Part shown: positions 26,401-39,152 of the stretch, piece after piece
How positions within the stretch are numbered: position 1 is the first letter of the stretch
Layout of the letters: each line of letters begins with the position of its first letter
Assembly: GCF_006345805.1 (NCBI RefSeq)
Contig: NC_043022.1
Location: forward strand, 11,780,001 to 11,844,000
Direction of reading: 5' to 3'
DNA length: 64,000 nucleotides
Origin: Octopus sinensis
Taxonomy: Eukaryota
The notes under the pieces: generated by a model
What the model was told of the DNA's origin: nothing
The model's database searches: none
What the model saw: the letters and a program-made list of their open reading frames with translations, nothing else
Position numbers and translations under genes: made by a program

Positions 26401-29400
26401 CTTACTTATGGAAGTCATCAATACAATGAATTTGGTTGGTAGCATCGACTGTGAAAGGCACACCATCAAGACTTTTACCACAGACCACACAGGTGAAACA
26501 GGAAGGATGGTAGGGTTTGCCCGTAGCTCTCAACAACTGGTAGCAGTGTCATAGTGATGGTATTGGTGGGTGGAGTGGTGGTGGGAGATGGAGAGGAATG
26601 AAGGAAGGAGGGAAGTAATTGGCAGAGGGAGGGAGGGAGGGAGGGAGAGTGGTGGCAGGAGAGAGGAAAAGGATTGTAGAGAAAAAAAGTGGAAAGTGAA
26701 AGCAAGAGAGGGGAGGGGGGAAGAGTTAAAGAGAAAGAGGCAGAGAAATGGGTGGAGGAGGAAGAGTTTAAAAGAGAGGGGTGGAGGAGGAATAGTAAAA
26801 GAGAGAGGGTGGAGAAGAGTTAAATGAGAGAGGAGATGGAGAAAGAGTTGGGGAGAGGAGACGGAAGAGGAGTTAAAGGAGAAAGAGAGAGAGAGAGAGA
26901 GGAGAATGGAGGAAAAGAATCAGAGGGAAAAGAGAAGCAGAGGGAGGAAGGGTTGGAGTGAAAGTGTGTTTGGGAGGAGGAGGAGGAGAAAAGAGAAGAA
27001 GAAAAAGAAAAATTAATTAAAAATACAACAAAGTTAAATAAAAAAAATTTTTTTTTCAATGAAAAACTTAATCCAGGATTGAACTATACTCCCCACCCTG
27101 CCACCTGCATGCTTTTGAGCATGTCTAACAAGTCTAACATCACCACAAATACCTCCCTCTCCTTTATCTCGTCTTTTTCCATCACCTTCTACTCCTCCCC
27201 GCCAAATACACACAGAACTACCCACATACCCCAATCCACCTTTCCCTTGGTCAAAATCAATAACCCCCCCCCTGTTATACATCCACTGCTTCTAACGTTA
27301 ATGCCATATCGCCTGAAGAAATGTACACAATGAACCATGATCTGCCTGATGTCCATGGATACTAAGGATTGCACAGGGAATACGGACTATGATCATAAGA
27401 AACATGTAATTTGTGGAAATGCGTGTAGCAATGCAGTGAAATATTTACAAATAATACATGGACTATTATTATTACTATTACTATATTTATCCTACATTAT
27501 CAGCACGGCTTGGTGCAACCCCAAAAGCTGCTACTGCCTGCTGATATTATCAGGCTGTAGCCGGCGTTATTATATAGGACCTTTTATATGCATATTCAAA
27601 AGCTTTTCTTGTAAACAAACTTAAAGGATGTATATATATATATTTATTTTACAGAGATGTACTTGCATAGCAAGTGACTTGATCTGAGATCGGGTGCTGA
27701 AGCAAAAATAATTGCAATGTGGAAGATGTTTATAAGCCAATTAAAAACTCAAAAACAATAAGATTCACTTCAACATTTAAAACTAATTTGTGTCAAAATA
27801 TTTTCATCGCTTTAAAACCACGACCTGTTCACTGGTTAAGGTGTTGCACTCATGATTGCAAGATCGTGGGTTCAATTCCCAGACTGGGCGTTGCGTTGTG
27901 TTCTTGAGCAAAGCTCTTCATTTCACGTCGCTCTGCAATCATTTCGTCATCTGACACGTGGCACCCTGTTGCACCTGTACAGGTAATGTCAATTTGATGG
28001 AAGGAGTGAGCTTATGTGTACACAAATATTTGATCACTATAAACAAATTATTTGTGTAGTTGCTCAATAAGAGATTGTTGAACCCTCATATGTTTTCTAA
28101 CGACGGGAGAGTCCATCATATATATATATATATTATATATATATATATTATGTTATATAATTAGGGTTCAGTAAAATAATTTACTGAACCCTAATTATAT
28201 AACGTAATGTTTTAAATATACCGTAAATGGTCTTTTTACATACTGAACACTACTTGGTAAAATTATTAATTAATAATTAATTAATTTTACCCTTTTATTA
28301 TTGACTATATATATATTTATAAATTAGAGAAAAACCACTATTATGTAATTCAAACAATGTTAGACATAAACCAAATCATATAGAAAAAATAAAATATATT
28401 ATAAAACATTGTGATCTAGATATATGTTTTATCATATATTTTATTTTTTTCTTTATGATTTGGTTTATGTCTATCATTGTTTGAATTGCACAATAATGGT
28501 TTTTCTCTAATTTATATATATTATATATTTATATTGTGAAATTTGATTTAACACTAAATTGAATTTTTCCCTGTAAGTTTGGAGTTATACTCCCTAATAT
28601 TATAATACATACATATATATATACTATAAAACGTACATGTAAGACAGACACTAGAACCCTAATACTTCATCAGTTATCAACTGAAAAATACTTATACCTA
28701 GTTTCATGCCTTTCACGATAAGACTAGGAACTTTGTATATCAGGGGCACCCGCAAGATATGCGGAGACAACCTGCCTGACTTGTCTCTACATCACAATAT
28801 CAGCAACAACAATAAGACTAATAATTCTACTTACCCGATCAATAACAGGTTTCGAACAAACTGAACATTTTTCAAGGGTGTTCTGTAGAGAGAGAAAGAG
28901 AGAGAGAACAGATAAAGGACATTATTACTGAGAGGTAAACCAGAAGTAGCAACAACAACAACAATAATAATTACAGGGAACTTAAATCAATAAGAAGACT
29001 TCTAAATGGTCATACAACCTGCTGAAAATAGTAGCCAAATCTCCTCTCAAGATCACACTTTGCCATATTACAGAATACACTTTCTGCAACTTAGTACAGG
29101 CCCCTGAGAAGGTATCGCCATGACAACTTTGTCATGGTCAATGTGACGATCACATGCTACACACCTTCCTTCCAAGCACTGCTGTAAACAGCAGGAGTGA
29201 GCTAGAATGTTAAGGCTTAGTGTGCGTGCATAGCAGATTTCAAGGTCAATCTGTGCCAAGGGGCTTCACTCTGTGTGCTTTAGCTTCCTTACTATGGCAA
29301 CAGTCCAGATACTTATTGATCAGACCTGATACACACACACACACACAACGCAAACTATGTATACTGTGCAATCACATGGTACCTTTTTACAGGTAGGTTG

Positions 29401-31173
29401 ACTGTACTTCTATGTGATATTTATATACAGCAAAGTAGAATATACCTCATTGTGGTACCTATCTGCAGTCTAATAGGCGCTGCATCTCATCATATATATA
29501 TATATATATAAAATCAAAATAAGTAACAAGAATGGCTCCGGTAATTTGGTACGATCGTTTCGTACTACATCATTTTATTAAATGTTGTAAGTATTACAAC
29601 AGTTTTAAAATGCTGAGCACTCATCAGCCAATTATAGAGGTTTTCCATTAACACAAAAATTTTCATGATACATAGACAAAGATGTGGATTTAAATTTTAA
29701 GAACATTTGAGGTAGTGGAACCCATCAACTGGCTGACTAAGATTCAGTTGTTCCAGACTACTGTAAGGTTCTGAGAGGGAAGAACAAATATATATATATA
29801 TGTGTGTGTAGTATTAATATTAGCAGAAGCAACAGAGTGACTCAAAATATGAGAGTTTCATGTGTAAGCTTAACTTAGGCTATTGGTCTTTTCTCGCTGA
29901 ACTGCTGTATATATATAATATAAATAAATAAATATATATATATATATATATATATAAACAGATTGTAACTGTAAACATGGTACATATTTAGTTACGTGGA
30001 CAGTTGATTGGTACCATGTTTGGGTACAGTCCAAATGACTAAAGACCAATATCATAGCAATGATGAAAACTGGTAAGCATCAACACATATATGTACCTCA
30101 GCATGTGTAGTGTCTTGAAAGCACCAACAGGAGAAGCGGTAGAGCAACAACAGGAAAAGGGCAGTGAAGGAAAAGGTGAAGGTGAAACACAGCAGTAGAG
30201 GAATAAGTGGTACTCACAACATAACAAGATTCACAATAAGGTTTGGTCTCGATAGCATAGAAAGATTTACCACGAAGGATGGTCCCTGGAAAGAGAAAGT
30301 GAAAGTTAGTTAGGGTACTTGCAGTGCGGTACTATATGGGGCGGCGAGCTGGCAGAACCGGTAGTGCGCCGGGCGAAATGCTTAGCGGCATTTCGTCTGA
30401 CGTTACGTTGTGAGCTCAAATTCCGCCGAGGTCGACTTTGCCTTTCATCCTTTCGGGGTCGATAAATTAAGTACCAGTTACGCACTGGGGTCGATCTAAT
30501 CGACTTAACCCCTTTGTCTGTCCTTGATTGTCCCTTCTATGTTTAGCCCCTTGTGGGCAATAAAGAAATAAGAAACGTTAGCACGCCAAGCAAAATACTT
30601 AGCGGTATTTTGTCTGCTGCTACGTTCTAAATTCAAATTCCGCCGAGGTCGACTTTGCCTTTCATCCTTTCGGGGTCGATTAAATAAGTACCAGTTACGC
30701 ACTGTGGTCAATATAATCGACTTAATCCGTTTGTCTGTCCTTGTTTGTCCTCTCTGTGTTTAGCCCCTTGTGGGTAGTAAAGAAATAGGTACTATATGTG
30801 CTGTAGTGTGTTGTGTAGCATGGTTTCACCTATAGTAGAGTGTAATGTCCTGGGCATAACTTTAAACTGCATCAGGTAGTGAGGCCCTGGTTAGGGAATT
30901 CCAGGGTTTCAAGCAGTGTGGAATTATATATATATATATATATAAATTAGATAATCAATTAAAACCAGTGGGTTAGCATATTTAAAAATCTGAAGATTAA
31001 AAATTGTGTTACATACAAAATTAAGAGGAATGGCCACTAAAGTGGACACCTAATATTCTAAACATACATGTTTTTCTTGAGAACACACTCTTCATGGTAA
31101 TGGCGATTTGACATCTATGTTTAGCATATTAGGTGTCCACTTTAGTGGTCATTGTTCTTAATTTTGTACATAT

Positions 31174-31235
<62 letters not shown>

Positions 31236-31477
31236 CATATGATGGCACGTAAAAAGCACCATCTGATCATGGTTGATGCCAGCCCCCTCTGGCCCCTGTG
31301 CACCTACTACACTCTCGAGTGGTTGGCGTTAGGAAGGGCATCCAGCTGTAGAAACTCTGCCAGATCAGACTGGAGCCTGGTGCAGCCACCTGGCTTCCCA
31401 GACCCCAGTCGAACCATCCAACCCATGCCAGCATGGAAAACAGACGTTAAACGACGGCGATGATGATGATATATATA

Positions 31478-31510
<33 letters not shown>

Positions 31511-31743
31511 ATAATATGTTACAATTACTCAATAGTCAAGATAAAACTCTGAGTTTCAGATGCCGAAGTGGAAATCCACAACACCATCTCTTCGGTTATC
31601 TGGCTATATAACCGAAGAGATGGTGTTGTGGATTTCCACTTCTTGACTATTGAGTAATTGTCACATATTATTTTATAGATAAATTTCCTCTATTTACAAA
31701 ATATTGAGGTCTCTTTCTTTCTTTTGTTATCTTACCGTTTTTA

Positions 31744-31778
<35 letters not shown>

Positions 31779-33363
31779 GTAGTTATGTTTTTAGCTTCTG
31801 CTTTTCCATAAATGCATGTGAGTATTTTATTTATATTCCCTTGTAAGCTCTACTGACGAAGAACGTATCCTTTATAGGATTAATTCCGAAATTGATTCAA
31901 TATAGAGATAACGAAATTTAAATTTTCTATAGGTTAGTTGCCCGATTTTCAGTTCAATTTTTCCTGTAACAAGTGGATTATAAGTGGATAACCAGTATAT
32001 TGGCTTCAGAAATATCTTCTTTAGCCCTTTATTATAAGATGTTCATATTTCAACCGTAAAGGTTTTTTTAATATACTGCCACGCTTCCTGATGGAATTCT
32101 TTTCTGTAGAGAAAGGGGCTTCATCCTATATTTGTTAGTTATATATATATATATATATTAATATATATATATATATATACATACACACACACACATACGC
32201 ACATTCTGCTATATGGAATGTTATGAGTATATAAAGTATGACCTGTATATGTTATATTAGATGTGTGTGTATAACGCAATGTGTAAATTATGTGATGTGT
32301 GTATATGAGTCAATGAATGTGTAGAGTGTGTGTGTGTATATACTTACATATATGTGTGTGGGTGTGTGCGTAAGTGTATATTTAGTGTGACCAACACTTG
32401 TGGCCAGTGTATTATGTTATGTTGGTCAGTAGGAGTCTTTCATTAAAATGTACTCGACTACTTGAGTTTTAATGAGGCTGCAGAGGGTAATATTTACCCA
32501 CACACACACATACACCATACATGTACATATATGCATACATACATACGAACATACAAATAATTACATATACACACACACAAACCCCACCACAGAAACTCAC
32601 AGACACTTCCTCCTTATAAGCACTACACAGGAAAACACACACACACACAAACACTGTAGTTACCACACAAGACAAACAGATGCAATGCACACTCACAAAT
32701 TACAACACACACATGTACACACACACACATGTACACACACACACATACATGTACACACACACACATGTACCCACACACACATGTACACACACACACATGT
32801 ACACACACACACATGTACACACACACATGTACACACACACACACATACATGTATACACACACACATACACATGCACACACACACATGTACGCACACACTT
32901 GTACACACACACACATACATGTACACACACACACACACATGTACACACACACACACATGTACACACACACACTTGTATGTACACACACGTACACACACAC
33001 ATGTACATATGTATTGACAAATGCTCGCCACCACACAAACCAGCCCTCGTTAGTGCTTCATTATCATTATGTTTTAATAATGTGTATTTCCTGACTGACA
33101 CAGATTAACATGTTATGTGTGTAAATAAGGGGGCCTGTATGATAGATATAGCAGCCAAGAGGGGGGAGAGAGGGATGGGCTGGGAGACAGAAACAGGGAG
33201 AGACAAGCAGATAGATGCTATCTCTGTACCTCTCTCTCTCTCTCTCTCTCTCTCTCCGTCCCCGCTGTTGATTTAACATTCAACTCTTCTGTTTAAGCTT
33301 CCTCTCACAATGATACAAGTGTAAAAATATACTCTTGTATGTTATGGCTGCAGAATACTCTAT

Positions 33364-33401
<38 letters not shown>

Positions 33402-34860
33402 ACACACACACATTTTGTTGTGTCTAGGGAGAATCATTACATGAATAATAATCAGTCCTTATTTCTTTATTGCCCACAAGGGGCTAAACATAGAGGGGAC
33501 AAACAAGGACAGACGAAGGGATTAAGTCAATTACATCGACCCCAGGGCGTAACTGGTACTTGATTTATCGACCCCCCGAAAGGATGAAAGGCAAAGTTGA
33601 CCTCGGCGGAATTTGAACTCAGAACTTAAGGTGTCTGAGTGGATCATCAGAACTGTGGAGCACAAGTATGTTCTGAGAGGAGGCCATGTCTGGAAAGATG
33701 CAGGAAAACTGTTGGATCTATGTTAAGCAGTCACTTAACAAGGTTAAAAACCCTTCATCATCATCATCATCATTGTTCGACCGTGGTCGAGACAATGGAA
33801 TTTACCATGCTACGCCAGACTTCACGGTCCATCATAGCATTACGGAGGTCCTGTTCCTGGATGCCTGTATCCCTGGAGATTACATCAGGGTAGGAGAGTG
33901 TGCGCCCTCTGGTATTGTGAGTAGATGGCTTCCTTACAAACAAGAGAAATGATAGAGGGTTATGTGAAGATCTTCCTGATGCCCCCAGATTTTCTCACGT
34001 CTTTCCACAGGATCTTAAGAAATATATGCTGCTGGACCCACTGAAGTGCTAGAGAGAGTTGTTAAATCCCAGAGGGATGAAGTACACAATGGAAGGGCAT
34101 GAACCTTTCTCACAAGACCAACATAACCCAAGAATAGATGTCAGACAATCTTTACAACAATATAACATCACATTTGTGCCTTCGAAACAAATTTAAACCT
34201 TTAACACCATTTAGTTTACTCTGTCAAATATGATGCTTGTGTGGTTGTATTGTTTTGAATTAATCATGCATTTATCTTGTAGCTGCAATATTTTGATGAT
34301 GCAATTGTTTGTTTTTAGAAAGACATTGTAGGCTAGGTGTGAGAGGCTGGATCTAGCCATTTTGACATAAAACAGGTAGAATATTTGGGTTGGGTATGGC
34401 CAGTTTAAATGCTAAAGGGTTGAATCTCATGACAGCTATGACTGGAGCATTCATGAAAGGGAGACAAATCAACAGCCTCACAATGCCATAGCTTCACTGA
34501 AGCCAGTCAAAATCCAGGTGATGATCAAAAATGAATAGGGGACAATTTAGTGCAGGTATGTCAAAGATCCCAGTGTTGCATTGAAGAAGGTATGAAAGCC
34601 AAAGGTGGATTCATAGAATAGTTATATAAGAAAGCTTATTGAATTACTCTTTCTCCTTTTTACTCCTTTACTCGTTTCAGTCATTTGACTGTGGCCATGC
34701 TGGAGCACCGCCTTTAGTCGAGCAAATCGACCCCAGGGCTTATTCTTTGTAAGCCTACTACTTATTCTATTGGTCTCTTTTGCCGAACCATTAAGTTATG
34801 GGGACGTAAACACACCAGCATCGATTGTCAGGTGATGTTGGGGGGGACAAACACAAACAA

Positions 34861-34931
<71 letters not shown>

Positions 34932-36424
34932 TACAACGGGCTTCTTTCAGTTTCTGTCTCTACCAAATCCACTCACAAGGCTTTGGTTGGCCCGAGGCTA
35001 TAGCAGAAGACACTTGCCCAAGGTGCCACGCAGTGGGACTGAACCCGGAACCATGTAGTTCGTAAGCAAGCTACTTACCACACAGCCACTCCTGTGCACA
35101 ATTTTTTATTAAAATACATTTGTTTTTTATGCGATTAGAGTTGTTTTATCACCACTTAAGCAATTAAACTGGTCATTTCAGGCCCAAATGCTTTACTTGT
35201 TTTCCCATTCAAACAAGTCAGATCCAGCCTTTCACACCTACCCAACACTGTCACTCTAAAAATAAACTGTCACAACATTGAAATCTCGAAACTATGAGAT
35301 AATGCTTGCTTAATTCAAAACAATGTGAATAAATAAAGATGGCATTTGACAGAGTAATCTGAATGCTAAAGAGTTAACCTGGCCCTATTCAGCCCAAACA
35401 TTTTACCCATTCTATGTTCAGACCAGCCAGATCTGGCGTCCCACAATCACATCATTGAAATCATGATTAATTCAAAACAATATAAATAAATAAGCAAAGC
35501 ACTTGACAGAGAATAATTTGAATACTTAAGAACTAAATTCCCAAATACAGCCTCAAATATCTTTCACGTCCTCCACTAATTGACATATTTACATAAAAGC
35601 AATGAACTATATATATTAATATAGCCATATATTAATTATCACATGGAGGGTAATTAGTCATATACAAATGGATCTGTTGTGTGAAGGTAATTAATTGTAC
35701 CCTAGTAGATGTATTACATGGAGGGTGGCTAATGGATATAATTTAAAATAACATGGAGATAATTTACTCTTTATAAGTGAGGTGACTAATGGACGTATCA
35801 TGTGGAGATAATTAACTCATTATACATGGGGTAATTATTTATGTACTACATTCAAACAGTCAATGGAAGCAAAGTTTGAAAACACATTGATATCTCTATC
35901 AGTGTCTGAAGCAGCTCACTTACCAAAATCATAACTATTACAACATGGAAGCACTCCATCGGTTACGACGACGAGGGTTCCGGTTGATCCGAATCAACGG
36001 AACAGCCTGCTCGTGAGATTAACGTGCAAGTGGGCTGAGCACTGCAAAGAGTCGTGTACCCTTAACGTAGTTCTCGGGGATATTCAGCGTGACACAAAGA
36101 GTGACAAGGCCGGCCCTTTGAAATACAGGTACAACAGAAACAGGAAGTAAGAGTGAGAGAAAGTTGTGGTGAAAGAGTACAGCAGGGATCACCACCATCC
36201 CCTGCCAGAGCCTCGTGGAGCTTTAGGTGTTTTCGCTCAATAAACACTCACAACGCCCGGTCTGGGAATCAAAACCGCGATCATATGACCGCGAATCCGC
36301 TGCCCTAACCACTGGGCCATTGTGCCTCCACACTATTACAACAACAACAACTATTGTTATTATTATTATTATTATTATTAAGTGAGAGAACAGTGCATGC
36401 CATCAAAGTGACACTGGGGTAAAA

Positions 36425-36457
<33 letters not shown>

Positions 36458-37644
36458 GGTGGCAAGCTGGCAGAATCATTAGCATGCTGAACGGAATGCT
36501 TAGTAGTATTTTCCACCAAGGTCAATTTTGTCTTTCATCCAGTGACAGACTGGGGTCGATCTAATCGACTAGTCTCCTCCCCACAAATTTTGGCCCTTGT
36601 GGCCAATAAAGAAAGGATTATTATTATTATGATTATTATTATTATTATTATTATTATTGAGTGAGAAAGCAGTGCATGCCATCAAAGTGACACTGAGGTA
36701 AAATATACGAAGCCCAGTATACCCATCATGACTACCCGTCTAACAAGGGCACACCAGACGTATGCATCACAACCATATGTGCGCGACATGGTGATCCCAT
36801 ATCAAGATAACAGGTGAAGGCCCAGTTAGAATTTTCTTCTGGTTTAGTAATCCATCCTACTCAAAAGGTCCCTGAATAAGGGTTGTTTAAGGATGTTGAA
36901 CGAAACACCCATGTTTCCAGAGGTGAATTATCCAAACCCCAAAGAATTCCTCTCCTGACATGGCTATGATGCTCCCTCACTACTTCTGCTCGTGATCAGA
37001 GATGCATATATCGTCGGCCACTAAGGGACATGCTCAACTGGTTAAGGTCAAACAACTGACAAGCAAATCTGTGTTATTGAGCAGAATATTTGCTGTAGCC
37101 CATCTTTTAATACTAAGACAAAACAATGTACATGATAACACTTCCAATCAGTTAAGATCAGCAGCCATGAGAACCACTGCCTGGTACTGCATCAGGGCAT
37201 GAGAACCACTGCCTGGTACTGCATCAGGGTTACTATGAGTGGCAGAGGTAGTAAGGAAGTTTCACCACAGCCACTTGACCTTAATATGACAATTAAATAT
37301 CCCCATAACAAACTCCTTACTGTCATTAAAATAGGGACCACTTAATTCAAAATCATAACTATTACAACAACAACAATCATTATTGTTCTTATTATTATTA
37401 TTGACACACATATTGACAATAACAGAAATATTATTATTATTATTATTATCATTATTGCTACTATTATTATTATTATTATTATTGCTACTATTATTATTAT
37501 TACTATTATTATTATTATTATTATTGCTATTATTATTATTATTACTATTATTATTATTATTATTGCTATTATAAACAAATAAGTTAACATAAAATAATGT
37601 CTAAAAGTTGATGAACCACCTATTGCTCTCCTCCATTTTCTTAT

Positions 37645-37713
<69 letters not shown>

Positions 37714-39066
37714 TAGAAATTAATATCGTTAAATAATATCAATTTCAACTGGTGGTCAGCATACTTAAAAACGTCTGAGGACCATGAATTCTGTTTAAAC
37801 ATAGACAATATGAGAGAGCACTATATGAATCCCTTCTATGCTAACTCTATACAATCGTATCCTTTCATGGAGACGAGTGGTGTCCAGTTCCATTGTTGTG
37901 TCGGCACTGATTTCACAGAGGAGACACAGACAATTATAGGATCGTTCCTGTCGAAACCTTTAGGGATGGAATTAAGTGCTGTGTTTATTTCTTTTCATTT
38001 GTCTAGCTCATAAAAAATCTAGTGTCTTACTAAGTTGAGAACACAGATTAAGTGGTATGACAGTTTGACATCTATTTTTAGCATACAAGGGATCCACATA
38101 GTGGTCTCTCATATTGTTTATCTTTATATATATAAAACTGAGAATGTGTGTGTGTCTGTCTGTCTGTGTGTTTCCCTAAAACTTGAGAACTACACAACCA
38201 ATTTCATTCAAATTTTACACATGCCTTACTTAGGGTCCATGTAGTTTCATGGGCAAAAAAAAATGTTCAACTTCTTGCCTAGAGTGAGCCCATAGCAATA
38301 TCATATCTTCTCCACTATTTCAGTATTACGTGTTAAAAGTGAAACAAAGACATTTCTCTATTTTATGTCAGATACTTTCACTTTAACAATAAAAATAATA
38401 ATAACAATTGAATTATATGTAGTAAGTAATAATTAAAATCAAACTAAAGTATAATATAATCATAACGTAACAAAAGTAAAAATAGCAATTGGTATAAAAT
38501 TGCATCAATGGTTTGAACTTGAATAAGTGGTTTCACATGAATGGGAATAAATTAAAAACAAAATTAGCGTGCAGAAATGGAATAGTCCTACAATTCCAGT
38601 CTGTTATATATTTTCAGTATTGTTATCACTAGCGATATCAAGATATAACTTTGTATTTTGTATTTTATGTGTAGATTTATATATATAGATGTACATGTAA
38701 TATGTACACATATATATATACACATATATACATGCACTAGCACTATGACCCGGCAAAGACGGGTCATAATGCTAGTGTATATATGAAAATTTTTTTCAGA
38801 AAGAGATTTAAAAAAAAACCAAGGCTGTGAAGATCTTAGAACAATTATAAATATTTATAAATGTTCTAAAATCTTCACAACCTTGGTTTTTTAGCTCATT
38901 CTGAAAAAAAAAAATTTTTATATATATACACATGCTGATATATGACCTACGTTGGGCTCCTTGTTCACATAATCACCAAACCTAGAGCTTAACTATGGTC
39001 TGTCCATAGCACTTACTCAGCATTACCTGACACCTTTGGGTCTTATTCACACCATTACCTCTCATA

Positions 39067-39152
<86 letters not shown>

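Noticed and set aside
31850-32110. About 80-codon stop-free - strand frame in AT-rich DNA
   Set aside because: No start codon, no clear splice sites, no recognisable similarity; adjacent to a Penelope-like terminal motif.
33630-34130. Moderately GC-rich stretch with 84-88-aa ORFs
   Set aside because: Looks like a decayed retroelement fragment; no motif I can assign and no splice pattern.
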